Below are positions 47,760 to 56,763 of a stretch of DNA of 64,000 bases, piece after piece. The translations under genes and the position numbers were made by a program. This DNA is from Alphaproteobacteria bacterium (GTDB taxonomy: Bacteria; Pseudomonadota; Alphaproteobacteria; GCA-2731375), in the NCBI GenBank assembly GCA_040223615.1, contig JAVKFY010000069.1, forward strand, positions 1 to 64,000, read 5' to 3'. Position 1 is the stretch's first letter. Every line of letters begins with the position of its first letter. The notes below the pieces were generated by a model. It had not been told where the DNA came from. It did no database searches and saw only the letters and a list, made by a program, of their open reading frames with translations.

Positions 47760-48932
47760 TCATCGCGCCAGAAGCTCTTGTTCCACCAGCGTCGCCCAGT
47801 AGCTGGCGCCCATCGGCAGGATCTCGTCGTTGAAGTCGTAATTCGGGTTGTGGACCATGCAGCCGCCCTCCTGTCCGACCCCGTTGCCGAGCCAGATGTA
47901 GCAGCCCGGCTTGGCTTTCAGCATCCAGGCGAAGTCCTCCGAGCCCATCATCGGCTGCAGATGGCGCAGCACGTTCGGCTCGCCGACGATGTCGGCCGCC
48001 GCGCGGGCCGCGATCTCGGTTTCCGTGTCGGTATTGATGGTCGGCGGGTAGCGCCTGTCGTAGCTCACCTTGACCGTGGCGCCATGCGCGGCGGCGACGC
48101 CGGCCGCGATGCGCCGGATTTCGGCCTCGATCATGTCCTGGGTCGTCTCGGAAAAGGCGCGGCAGGTCCCCGAAAAGGTCGCGGTCTCCGGAATGACGTT
48201 GGTGGTGAAGCCGCTATGGAACTGCGTCACCGAGACCACCGCCTGGTCCAGCGGATCGGTGCTGCGCGAGACGATCCGCTGCATCGCGGTCACCATCTCC
48301 GCGCCGATCACGATCGGGTCGATGCCCTTGTGCGGGAAGGCGCCATGCGCGCCGACGCCAGTCACCTCGACCTCGAAGAAATCGGCCGAGGCCATCGCCG
48401 GACCGTTCAGCACCCCGACCTTGCCGACCTCGATGCCCGGCATGTTGTGCATGCCATAGACCTGTTCGGCCGGGAACATGTCGAACAGGCCGTCGTCGAC
48501 CATCACCCGGCCGCCGGCCTCGTTCTCCTCCGCCGGCTGGAAGATGAAATAGACGGTGCCGTCGAAATTCCTGGTCTCGGCCAGATACTTGGCGGCGCCC
48601 AGCAGCATCGTGGTGTGACCGTCGTGGCCGCAGGCATGCATCTTGCCGTCATGCTGGCTCTTGTGCGCGAAGCCGTTCAGCTCCTGCAGGTCGAGCGCGT
48701 CCATGTCGGCGCGCAGGCCGATCTTCTTCGCCGAGCTGCCCGCGCTCAGCGTGCCGACGACCCCGGTCTTGGCCAGGCCGCGATGCACCTCGATGCCGAA
48801 CTCGCCCAGCTTCTTGGCGACGATCTCCGAAGTGCGGTGTTCCTCGAAGGCGGTTTCCGGATGGGCGTGAATATCATGACGCCACGCGACCATCTCGGGC
48901 TGGAATTCGGCGATACGGTTCTTGATCGGCAT
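47760..48932 (-). CDS. M20 family amidohydrolase (hippurate hydrolase/N-acyl-amino acid amidohydrolase type)
   Basis: MHACGHDGH metal-binding motif, dimerisation domain. Confidence 0.85.
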   Translation of the reverse strand: MPIKNRIAEFQPEMVAWRHDIHAHPETAFEEHRTSEIVAKKLGEFGIEVHRGLAKTGVVGTLSAGSSAKKIGLRADMDALDLQELNGFAHKSQHDGKMHACGHDGHTTMLLGAAKYLAETRNFDGTVYFIFQPAEENEAGGRVMVDDGLFDMFPAEQVYGMHNMPGIEVGKVGVLNGPAMASADFFEVEVTGVGAHGAFPHKGIDPIVIGAEMVTAMQRIVSRSTDPLDQAVVSVTQFHSGFTTNVIPETATFSGTCRAFSETTQDMIEAEIRRIAAGVAAAHGATVKVSYDRRYPPTINTDTETEIAARAAADIVGEPNVLRHLQPMMGSEDFAWMLKAKPGCYIWLGNGVGQEGGCMVHNPNYDFNDEILPMGASYWATLVEQELLAR

Positions 48933-48999
48933 CCCGACCTCGTTGCGAAAAGAGTTAGCGGTTCAGAGGCTTATAGCCGATCCCAGGGCGCTGGGCCAG

Positions 49000-49740
49000 C
49001 TAGCTTGCAGCCTTGCGGCGCGCGGCGACAAACCGTTCGACGGCGGCGAGCGCGGCGCGCAGCTCGGCGATGCGGGTATCGCGCTCGGCACCGGCCGGCG
49101 GCTCGGCCTCCACGCGCGCGGCCAGCTCGCCCAGGTCGAACGCGCCGATGCCGCGCGCCGCGCCCTTCAACGCATGCGCGGTGCGCGACCAGTCGTCGTC
49201 GTTCAAGGTGCCGGAGAGCTGCTCGATGTAGCGTCCGGCGCTCGGCAGGAAGGCCTCGAACAGCTCGGTCTCCAGCGCCGCCTCGCCCAGCGTGTAGCGG
49301 CGCAGGTGTTCCAGGTCGACCGCCGGCGCGCCGCCGGCTCGTGGCGCCAGCGCCCGCAACCGCGCGCCCAGGTCGGCCGGATCGAGCGGCAGGTCGAGCA
49401 CGTCGACGAAACCTTCCAGAAGCTGGCGCGGCCGCTGCGCCGGGTTTGACCCCGCCGGCAGCAGCGCCAGCACCGCCGCCCGGCCATGCCCGCCCGGCAG
49501 CCCGGCGATCGCTTCGCGACATTGCGCACCGTTCAGCACCGGCAGGTCGACATGCACCAGCACCAGGTCGAACACCGATTGCGCCGCCCGCTCCACGGCG
49601 GTAGCGCCATCGCCGGCCTCGACCACGCGGCAGCCGGCGCCATCCAGCGCCGCCCGCGCCGTCGCGCGCGCGCCGTCATCGTCGGCCGCCAGCAGCACCC
49701 GCAGCGGCGGCGCCGCCGCCGTCCTGCCCATCGTGTCCAT
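49000..49740 (-). CDS. response regulator receiver domain fused to Hpt domain
   Basis: Start MDTMGRT…; LRVLLAADDD…DLVLVHVDLP receiver; C-terminal HALKGAARGIGA Hpt histidine motif. Confidence 0.7.
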   Translation of the reverse strand: MDTMGRTAAAPPLRVLLAADDDGARATARAALDGAGCRVVEAGDGATAVERAAQSVFDLVLVHVDLPVLNGAQCREAIAGLPGGHGRAAVLALLPAGSNPAQRPRQLLEGFVDVLDLPLDPADLGARLRALAPRAGGAPAVDLEHLRRYTLGEAALETELFEAFLPSAGRYIEQLSGTLNDDDWSRTAHALKGAARGIGAFDLGELAARVEAEPPAGAERDTRIAELRAALAAVERFVAARRKAAS

Positions 49741-49781
49741 GCTCACATCGTTTCTTCTTCTTGGTTGCGGAATGCTTGCCG

Positions 49782-50984
49782 TCAGTCGGCCGGCACGAAA
49801 ATCTCGCGCGCCCGCGCCACGCCCTTGAACTGCTGCGGACCGAGGCCGCGCACCGGCCGGTCGAGCCCGGCGGCGAAATCGTCGGACAGCAGCAACAGCT
49901 CGCCCAGCGGCCGGCACAGCGACTCGATGCGCGTCACCAGGTTCACCGCCGGCCCGATCACCGTGAAATCGAGCCGGTCGACGGCGCCGATATTGCCGTA
50001 CATCACTTCGCCGACATGCAGCGCCAGGCCGAACTCGATCGCCACCTGCCCGGCGGCGGTCCGGGCTTCGTTCAGCGCCGACGCGGCGGTCACCGCCTTT
50101 TGCGCCGCGGCCAGCGCGCGCCGGCACACCGCGCCGGCTTCATCGGCGGCCTCGATCGGGAAGATCGCCAGCATGGCATCGCCGATGAACTTCAGCACCG
50201 TGCCGTCCTCGGCGTCGACCGCCTCGGCCATGCACTGGAAATAGTCGTTCAGCAGGTCGATCAGCGCCTGACGCTCCAGCCGGTCGGACAGCTGGGTGAA
50301 GCCGCGCAGATCGCAGTACCACAGCACCGCGCGGATGCTGTCGCCGTCGCCGCGCTTGATCCGGCCCTGCAGGATCTGTTCGCCGGCGTCATGGCCGACA
50401 TAGGTGTCGAGCAGGTTGATCGCGGTCTCGCGCAGCGAATGGGTCTCGACGATGCGGCTGAACAGGAAATGCAGCGCGTACATCCGGTCCAGGTGTTCGC
50501 GGCTAAACCCGTCCGGCCCGTCGGATGCGACCGACAAGGCGTCGACATGGCCGTCGCCGAAGATCACCGGCATGACCACATAGTCACTCACGCCCTCCGC
50601 CTTGAGCTGCTTGAGGAACGGATAGGACGGCTCGACGTCGCGCAGCCGGACCCGGATCGACTTCTTCTCGGCGTAAACCTTGGGCAGCGGATTATCGAGA
50701 AAGTCTGCATCCTGGAGTATCGAGTGCCGCGCGCGCGCGACCTCGATCGTCTGGCCGCGGCGCCAGAAGAAGCCGGTGCCCATGTATTCGGGGTGCAGCG
50801 CGCGGCGGAAGTAGCTCAGCCGGTAAAGCGGGATGCCGGCGGCGACGAGCTGCTCGCCGGTCTTCTCGACCAGCTCGGCGGTATCGGTGAGCTGGAAGGC
50901 ATCGGTCGCGAACCATCGCGCCACGGCATCGCCGTAGTCGAAATGCGCGTAGTCGATGGCGATGTGCGAGGCGGGCTGATTCAT
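49782..50984 (-). CDS. class III adenylate/guanylate cyclase with N-terminal regulatory domain
   Basis: CYTH-like cyclase homology domain motifs (VLWYCDLRGFT…FIGDAMLAIF…HVGEVMYGNIG). Confidence 0.75.
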   Translation of the reverse strand: MNQPASHIAIDYAHFDYGDAVARWFATDAFQLTDTAELVEKTGEQLVAAGIPLYRLSYFRRALHPEYMGTGFFWRRGQTIEVARARHSILQDADFLDNPLPKVYAEKKSIRVRLRDVEPSYPFLKQLKAEGVSDYVVMPVIFGDGHVDALSVASDGPDGFSREHLDRMYALHFLFSRIVETHSLRETAINLLDTYVGHDAGEQILQGRIKRGDGDSIRAVLWYCDLRGFTQLSDRLERQALIDLLNDYFQCMAEAVDAEDGTVLKFIGDAMLAIFPIEAADEAGAVCRRALAAAQKAVTAASALNEARTAAGQVAIEFGLALHVGEVMYGNIGAVDRLDFTVIGPAVNLVTRIESLCRPLGELLLLSDDFAAGLDRPVRGLGPQQFKGVARAREIFVPAD

Positions 50985-51047
50985 CGCCACGGCAGCGTGC
51001 CACACCGCCCGCCGGCGCGCTAGGATCGCGGCCAGGGGAGAAACGCC

Positions 51048-51233
51048 ATGACCGACACGGTGATCGACGCCGACGGGCATATCTGCGAGCCGCCGGAGAT
51101 GTGGCGCGACTATGTCCCGGCCAGATTCCGCGACCGGGTGATCCGGGTCGAGCGCGGCGACGACGGCCGCGACTGGCTATGGGTGAACGGCAAGGAACGG
51201 CGCGAGCGACATGTGCAAGGACGGCGCAATTGA
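51048..51233 (+). pseudogene. 5' fragment of an amidohydrolase-2 family gene (truncated at island boundary)
   Basis: MTDTVIDADGHICEPPEMWRDYVPARFRDRV… matches the conserved N-terminus of PF04909-type amidohydrolases but stops after 61 codons, where GC content drops. Confidence 0.5.
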
Positions 51234-51351
51234 CGACTGTGTCGACGCTAAAGCTGTCGCAACCTGATCAGAACGGTTTGAAAACCCTCTGGGCGGCGAA
51301 GCGCCTGGAACGCCGCTCTTCGAGGGAAGGGCGTAGCTCCTTCCCCGTTCA

Positions 51352-52071
51352 TTAATTGCCGAACTCGTACCCAAACAAGGCGATATCCTTGCAGTATATA
51401 TCCGCTACAAGATTGCGCGTGTCCGTATCGTATAGATCGACGTATCCGACCGTGCTGGGAGAAGCATCCTGAACCAGGGTGCGTCCCAGCTCGGGAAATC
51501 CTATCCTTTCGCGTACGATCGCTAGACTCTCTTCCCTGTTCTCAAGTCGACCGACGTAGTCAACGATCAAATTCTCCCGTTCATCCAGAACGAAATCAGC
51601 CGCTCCCAGGCTGTGAGCTGGATTATTGAACCAGCGGCCACTTCCCCCTCGCCTATGCGCGTCCAGTCCCCGCACATAGTCTTGAAAGGACACATCTGCC
51701 GGTATGCTCTGAACCTTGAGCCTCCAATGATACATGGAGGCTAGCCTTGCCCAAGGGTTTCTGACCATCGCGAAGGTGAACAGGTTGCCCCAGGCCTCCT
51801 CACCGATAAACTTTCGCATATTCACGGCTGGCACATGATCAGGGAAAATCTGCAGCGTCCAGCCTTTCCGCCCCCAGATGTTGTGCTTTCTGTAAACCAC
51901 ACCGCCATGCTTATACAAGTCGGTTCGGATGCTTGAAGAAGAGGTTCTCGGCACGTCAACAAACCAGTAGCCGTTGCTAACGATTCGGTATTTACCGTAC
52001 AAATGAAGAGCTGAGCTCATCCCTTTCCGAACAGCATTTGGCATTTCAGCCAACCTTGGGAAGGATGGCAT
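51352..52071 (-). CDS. sulfotransferase family protein (Sulfotransfer_2-like)
   Basis: 5'-PSB-like YWFVDVPRTSSSSIR and 3'-PB-like RNPWARLASMY motifs; AT-rich codon usage. Confidence 0.55.
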   Translation of the reverse strand: MPSFPRLAEMPNAVRKGMSSALHLYGKYRIVSNGYWFVDVPRTSSSSIRTDLYKHGGVVYRKHNIWGRKGWTLQIFPDHVPAVNMRKFIGEEAWGNLFTFAMVRNPWARLASMYHWRLKVQSIPADVSFQDYVRGLDAHRRGGSGRWFNNPAHSLGAADFVLDERENLIVDYVGRLENREESLAIVRERIGFPELGRTLVQDASPSTVGYVDLYDTDTRNLVADIYCKDIALFGYEFGN

Positions 52072-52095
52072 TTGATGTCCAGTGTCGGTAGTGTC

Positions 52096-53100
52096 TCACT
52101 TTGAATTCTGAGTCGCCCGCTTCTTGTACGGGCCGCGCGGGCCAGGCTTCGGCGCCCGCGCATCGATCAGCCCCACGATCCACGCCATGTCGCGCAACTC
52201 GGTCGCCACGCCAGCAGCCATTGCCGGCGACAGGCCCTTGAGGCTCTTGTGCTGCCGGCAGAAGTTATACCAGACGAAGTACAGCGACAGCGCGTGCGTG
52301 TGGTTCTCGACCTTCTTGCTGAAGGCGTTGGTCAGGCGAGTGAACCGGCGCATGGACATGCGCATGGTCAGGTTCTGCCGCTCCACGTAGCTGGTGCTGA
52401 CGTGCTTCGGATCGGGCTTGCCCTCGACGCGGCGGCGATGCGTGCCGATGCAGACCGGCGGGCTGTACCGGCGCTGGCCTTCAGGCGCTTGGCCGTACAA
52501 CTTCACGAGCTGGGCATAGTCCACGTCACCACCAAAAGCGCCCTCGACCGCATCGAGGTAGGCGCGGTGGCCATCGGTGGTTAGCTGCACACGATTGGCC
52601 AGCCGCCTCGCAACGTCGTCCATGAACTCCATCGCGAAGTCACCGTCGCGGCCGGGCGTTACCAGCCACGACACGATCAGCTTGGAGTCGCTGTCCAGCG
52701 CCGTCCACGTCCACACGTCGCCAGCGCCGTCCGGAGCCGCCTTCGCCGTCTTGACGTTCTTGGCCTTGGCGTAGGCGAAGCTCCAAATCTCGTCGGCCTG
52801 CACTCGCTTCGCTTTTACGTCGCGCACCGCCTCATCGTGGTAGGCGGCGCAGGCGTTGCCGGCGTCGACCAGCAGCTTGGTCACGGTGTTGATCGACACA
52901 TCGCACACGCGGCTGATCGACCGCATGGACGAGCCCTCGCACAGCATGGAGAGGATTTGGACGCGCTTCGCGAGGGGCAGCTTGTTAGCCATACCCTCAA
53001 TATATGAACTTCGATGCTTAGCGTCAAGAAATTTGTTCATAATGAAGCCGCATAGCGCCCTGCGACGGCTGGTCGCGGGAAATGACTCGTGCATTGTCAA
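52096..53100 (-). CDS. IS1-family-like DDE transposase (fused InsA-InsB-type single ORF)
   Basis: HTH N-terminus (…MRSISRVCDVSINTVTKLL…). InsB-like block ADEIWSF…W…TDGHRAY…ERQNL…FSK is co-linear with IS1 InsB (DEMWSF…TDGWPLY…ERHNL…FSK). Confidence 0.6.
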   Translation of the reverse strand: MTMHESFPATSRRRALCGFIMNKFLDAKHRSSYIEGMANKLPLAKRVQILSMLCEGSSMRSISRVCDVSINTVTKLLVDAGNACAAYHDEAVRDVKAKRVQADEIWSFAYAKAKNVKTAKAAPDGAGDVWTWTALDSDSKLIVSWLVTPGRDGDFAMEFMDDVARRLANRVQLTTDGHRAYLDAVEGAFGGDVDYAQLVKLYGQAPEGQRRYSPPVCIGTHRRRVEGKPDPKHVSTSYVERQNLTMRMSMRRFTRLTNAFSKKVENHTHALSLYFVWYNFCRQHKSLKGLSPAMAAGVATELRDMAWIVGLIDARAPKPGPRGPYKKRATQNSK

Positions 53101-53127
53101 GGCTAATGTGGTACCAAATATAGTACT

Positions 53128-53436
53128 ATGACGCCTCGCAAGCTAGCCCGCATTGAGGCTGACCTCGAATCCCTGCGGCGGTCGCCTCACAAGGCCGTCG
53201 CATATGAGCGTGTGGCGCAGAAGCTGGGACGGGTGCGGAAGAGTAGAGGAAAGGAGCCGATGTGGGAGAATCCGGAACTGCCAGGGCAGTTCCCCCTCGC
53301 GATTCCGCACCACGGAGGAAGGGACATACCAGTCGGCACACGCAACTCAATTTGCGACCAGCTAGAAAGCGACGTTCTGGCGTGGAGAGAAAAACTGGAA
53401 AGAGCAGCAAGAGCCAACGGTGGTAGTCATGGATAA
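53128..53436 (+). CDS. hicA: HicA-like toxin (type II TA), with N-terminal extension
   Basis: C-terminal IPHHGGRDIPVGTRNSICDQL resembles HicA …HPxKDLPxGTLxSILKQ…; directly upstream of and overlapping hicB. Confidence 0.5.
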   Translation: MTPRKLARIEADLESLRRSPHKAVAYERVAQKLGRVRKSRGKEPMWENPELPGQFPLAIPHHGGRDIPVGTRNSICDQLESDVLAWREKLERAARANGGSHG

Positions 53437-53950
53437 CCTTCAGGCAAAAGTAATGGAGCATCTAAGGAAGCCGTATGCTCGCGTGGTAACGCCAGAAGAT
53501 GACGGAACATTCCGCGCAGAAATTCTAGAGTTCTCTGGCTGTCTGGCCACCGGTGACACTGCGGCAAAAGCGCTTGAAGCGCTAGAACGTGTAGCAGAGA
53601 GCTGGCTAGAGTTCGTATTGGAGAAGGGGCAGCGCGTTCCTGACCCGATTGAAACAGCAGAGTACAGCGGCAAGTTGATGCTGCGACTTCCGAAGAGCCT
53701 CCACAAGAAGGCGGCACATGCAGCAGATCGGGACGGAGTAAGCCTTAACCAGTTCATTGTCAGCAGTGTTGCCCTTGAAGTGGGAGAGCGCGTCGCACCC
53801 CAGCAAGTAGCCCAGCCCCAAAGCGTAGTGTTCGTGGCAGTGGCAAATGCCGGTGCGCAATGGATTGCGACTGGGTTCAATTCCGCAGCAACTACCGCCG
53901 GCATCCTTACCCCGTTGACCGTCCCAATAGGAGCACTCCGTCATGCCTGA
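53420..53950 (+). CDS. hicB: HicB family antitoxin (HicB_lk N-domain + C-terminal RHH)
   Basis: N-terminal VVTPEDDGTFRAEILEFSGCLATGDTAAKALEALERVAESWLEF HicB fold; C-terminal MLRLPKSLHKKAAHAADRDGVSLNQFIVSSVA ribbon-helix-helix. Confidence 0.65.
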   Translation: MVVMDNLQAKVMEHLRKPYARVVTPEDDGTFRAEILEFSGCLATGDTAAKALEALERVAESWLEFVLEKGQRVPDPIETAEYSGKLMLRLPKSLHKKAAHAADRDGVSLNQFIVSSVALEVGERVAPQQVAQPQSVVFVAVANAGAQWIATGFNSAATTAGILTPLTVPIGALRHA

Positions 53951-54227
53951 GATTGACCAGTACTCCCTCAGCCACAAGGAGCTTCTTGAGATTCTGATAA
54001 AGAAGTTCGGCGTGCACGAAGGGCGCTGGGCGTTATCAATGCAGTTCGGCATAGCCACGGGGCTCAACCTCCCGTCGCCATCTGGAGGCCCCGGGCTGGG
54101 GTTTGGAGTACTGATTGACAAGTTAGGGATACAGCGCGCGGCTGGGGAGCCGTCTGGCTTGGTGCTTGACGCCGCTGAAGTAAATCCAACGCCAGCAGAG
54201 TCGAAAGGACGGCGCAAGAAAGCCTAG
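53943..54227 (+). CDS. hypothetical protein (94 aa), start overlaps hicB stop
   Basis: ATGCCTGA overlap with hicB; no recognisable domain. Confidence 0.3.
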   Translation: MPEIDQYSLSHKELLEILIKKFGVHEGRWALSMQFGIATGLNLPSPSGGPGLGFGVLIDKLGIQRAAGEPSGLVLDAAEVNPTPAESKGRRKKA

Positions 54228-54463
54228 CGCTTCCACCGCTTCGCCGCAGCCTTCCGAGCGATTTCGGTCCGCTGCTCGGGAGTCAGCTTCTTCGCTCGGG
54301 CAGCGCCACCCTTCCGGCCGAGCGCCTGGGCGGCCTTGTCCTTGCCGTCGTCGTCGCGCTCGGTGTCGTCCTCGACCTCGCCCGTGGCGATCTGCGCCAC
54401 GCGGATGGCGTTACCGATCACGTCGGCCGGGCGCTTCTGGCCCTTTGGTCCCTTCGGCATCAA
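54224..54463 (-). CDS. small lysine/arginine-rich basic protein (possible nucleic-acid binding)
   Basis: 79 aa, MMPKGPKGQKRPADVIGNAIRVAQIATGEVEDD… RKGGAARAKKLTPEQRTEIARKAAAKRWKR. Confidence 0.35.
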   Translation of the reverse strand: MMPKGPKGQKRPADVIGNAIRVAQIATGEVEDDTERDDDGKDKAAQALGRKGGAARAKKLTPEQRTEIARKAAAKRWKR

Positions 54464-54590
54464 CCCTCCTGGATATGCTTGTCGCTAAGCATATAGGGGC
54501 TTGGCCAAGAACACCAACAGCTACCGGTAGACATAACGCCCCGAATCGTGCGTTGCTCTCGCTACCCTGAACAGCACCGGAACTCAGCAG

Positions 54591-55304
54591 TTGTCGATAT
54601 TCGACCACGCCAACAGCAAGTACCTGTATTTACGCACCAAATTCTCAGTCTACCAGTCAATCGACCTGTTCCACGATCTTGCCGACGATATGCCCGACGA
54701 AGCCAGGGTGTTCTTTCTCCGCGTCGCCGGGATGCCGATGCCCTGGGAGAACGGCACCGTCATCAAAATCTGCGCGCCCCAAGCGCTCAATGACCTTGTC
54801 GGAGCGCTACGACCAACCTTGTCCGAGTTCGATGCGTGGGCAATGGTCGACGGCCGTGGCGAGTGGTCCGAGAGCTTAGGCGAGGGGCCGCTAAGCCTGT
54901 ACTGGTCAGCGGCCAGCCTCGAATCAGGTCGGGCCGGCATGGCTCAGATGGCCCTCGTCTTCCGGTTCAACGACAGAGACAAGGATGGTACAGCGGACAG
55001 GGTGCGCCAGGCACTGCGACCGCTAACCGCCCGCCCAGTATTCTGGACCGATCCTGGCAGGGTGCTTTTTATCCATACCGACCAACCAGCGAGTACCCTA
55101 GCCCGACGTATCGAACGGCACCTGCCGGCCCTTTACTCGTGGTTTGTGTGCGACGCAAACGGCAACACGTTATCCGGCTTCGTGGGGCGCGACATCGACC
55201 CTTGGCGGATGGTCGATATGCGGTCGGTCGGATATGTGCCCGATGACGAGTTCGAAGTCTGGCCCGATGACGAGTTAGACGACGATTCCCAAGAGAGCGC
55301 CTGA
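54591..55304 (+). CDS. hypothetical protein (237 aa) with acidic C-terminal tail
   Basis: No recognisable family; C-terminus DDEFEVWPDDELDDDSQESA. Confidence 0.35.
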   Translation: MSIFDHANSKYLYLRTKFSVYQSIDLFHDLADDMPDEARVFFLRVAGMPMPWENGTVIKICAPQALNDLVGALRPTLSEFDAWAMVDGRGEWSESLGEGPLSLYWSAASLESGRAGMAQMALVFRFNDRDKDGTADRVRQALRPLTARPVFWTDPGRVLFIHTDQPASTLARRIERHLPALYSWFVCDANGNTLSGFVGRDIDPWRMVDMRSVGYVPDDEFEVWPDDELDDDSQESA

Positions 55305-55764
55305 AGGCCGAGCACCTGCCTGACAGTCACAGGCGGCAAACTCGGATCGAATGCCCTGGCCACCGATCCGTAGGCCGCTACGCTGTTCAAGTGGAAGTAG
55401 GCTCGCTCGGGCAGCCAGCGTTGGAACAACTTGAGCACACGAAGCGTCCAATAGGCTGGGCGGGAGCGCCACGCATCTCGCATGTCAACCCCGCCCGTTT
55501 TCAAACTGAGACACTACCCCAGTGTCTTCTTTTCGCCTGTTGTGAACAAATTTGTAACGGACGGCGAGCGTCTGATAAGCCGATGTACGAAACCTATTCC
55601 TGCTGCAATCGGAACGACGCCACACTCTGTTGAGGACAGAAGTCGTCGGCACAGGCGATACGGTGCGCCGTTCGCCTGGCGCACAACTCAGAAGCTTCGA
55701 TTCATCCGAAAGCGTCAGTCAGCTCATAGCCTGCGGCTATTCGCGGTCGTTAACTGAAGCTGAG

Positions 55765-56763
55765 CTAGATCCGCCCCTCTTCGACCGCGTGGCAGGCAAC
55801 GTGGGCCTCGGCCACGGTGCGCAGCACCGGGCGTTCGGCCATGCACCGGTCGTTGGCGTGCGGACAGCGCGGGTGGAACGGACAGCCAGACGGCGGGTTG
55901 ATCGGGCTTGGCACCTCGCCGGCGACCGGCACCCGTTGCCGCCCGGTCATGTCGAGGTCCGGGATCGCGTCCAGCAGCATCCGCGTGTACGGATGACGCG
56001 GATTGCGGAACAGGTACTTGGTCTCCGCCCACTCCACCAGCCGGCCCAGGTACATCACCCCGACATGGGTCGAGACGTGATAGACCACGGCCAGGTCGTG
56101 GCTGATGAACAGGTAGGTCAGCCCCAATTGCCGTTGTAAGTCGCGCATCAGGTTCAGGATCTGCGCCTGCACCGAGACGTCCAGCGCCGAGGTCGGCTCG
56201 TCGCAGACCAGGAAGTCCGGCTCGCCGGCCAGCGCCCGGGCGATCGAGATGCGCTGGCGCTGTCCGCCGGAGAATTCGTGCGGGTATTTCTCCGCATCCA
56301 GCGGCGACAGCCCGACCTGACTCAGCAGCTCGCCGGCACGCTTTCGCAGATCCATGCCGCCGGCCCGGCGCAGCGCCACGATCGGCTCGACCACGATCTC
56401 GCCGACGCGCCAGCGCGGGTTCAGCGAGGCATAGGGATCCTGGAAGATCATCTGCATGCGCGGCTGCACCTGTGCGCGCGCCGCACCGTGGCCCTTGGCG
56501 CCGATCTCCACGCCCTCGAAAAGGATCGACCCGGCCGACGCGCCGTACAGCCCGACGATCAGGCGTGCCACCGTTGACTTGCCGCAACCGCTCTCGCCGA
56601 CCAGCGAGAAGGTCTCGCCCTTGGCGATGCGGAAGTCGATGCCGTCGACCGCCTTCACCACCGCGCGCGGGCGCCGCTCGATGACCCGGTTCAGCCACGG
56701 CGGCGACACGTCGAAGTAGCGTGCCAGGTCGGCGACCTGGAGCAGCGGCGTCGCCTCGCTCAT
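55765..56763 (-). CDS. dppF: dipeptide/oligopeptide ABC transporter ATP-binding protein DppF
   Basis: Start MSEATPLLQVADL…; Walker A GESGCGKST, signature FSGGQRQRISIARAL, C-terminal oligopeptide-ABC extension (CPFHPRCP). Confidence 0.85.
   Translation of the reverse strand: MSEATPLLQVADLARYFDVSPPWLNRVIERRPRAVVKAVDGIDFRIAKGETFSLVGESGCGKSTVARLIVGLYGASAGSILFEGVEIGAKGHGAARAQVQPRMQMIFQDPYASLNPRWRVGEIVVEPIVALRRAGGMDLRKRAGELLSQVGLSPLDAEKYPHEFSGGQRQRISIARALAGEPDFLVCDEPTSALDVSVQAQILNLMRDLQRQLGLTYLFISHDLAVVYHVSTHVGVMYLGRLVEWAETKYLFRNPRHPYTRMLLDAIPDLDMTGRQRVPVAGEVPSPINPPSGCPFHPRCPHANDRCMAERPVLRTVAEAHVACHAVEEGRI

Larger units (their letters stand above)
51234..55760. mobile_element. lower-GC genomic island (IS1-family transposase, HicAB TA pair, sulfotransferase, several unknown ORFs) inserted between a truncated amidohydrolase gene and the dpp operon
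   Basis: Visible drop in GC and change in codon usage relative to flanks; transposase plus toxin-antitoxin content; upstream gene truncated. Exact ends not determined. Confidence 0.5.

Noticed and set aside
55133-55504. 123-aa reverse-strand ORF inside the island overlapping the 237-aa gene
   Set aside because: It is antisense to and overlapping a longer ORF with no family match. It cannot be distinguished from chance, so it was not listed as a feature (mentioned in the island finding only)
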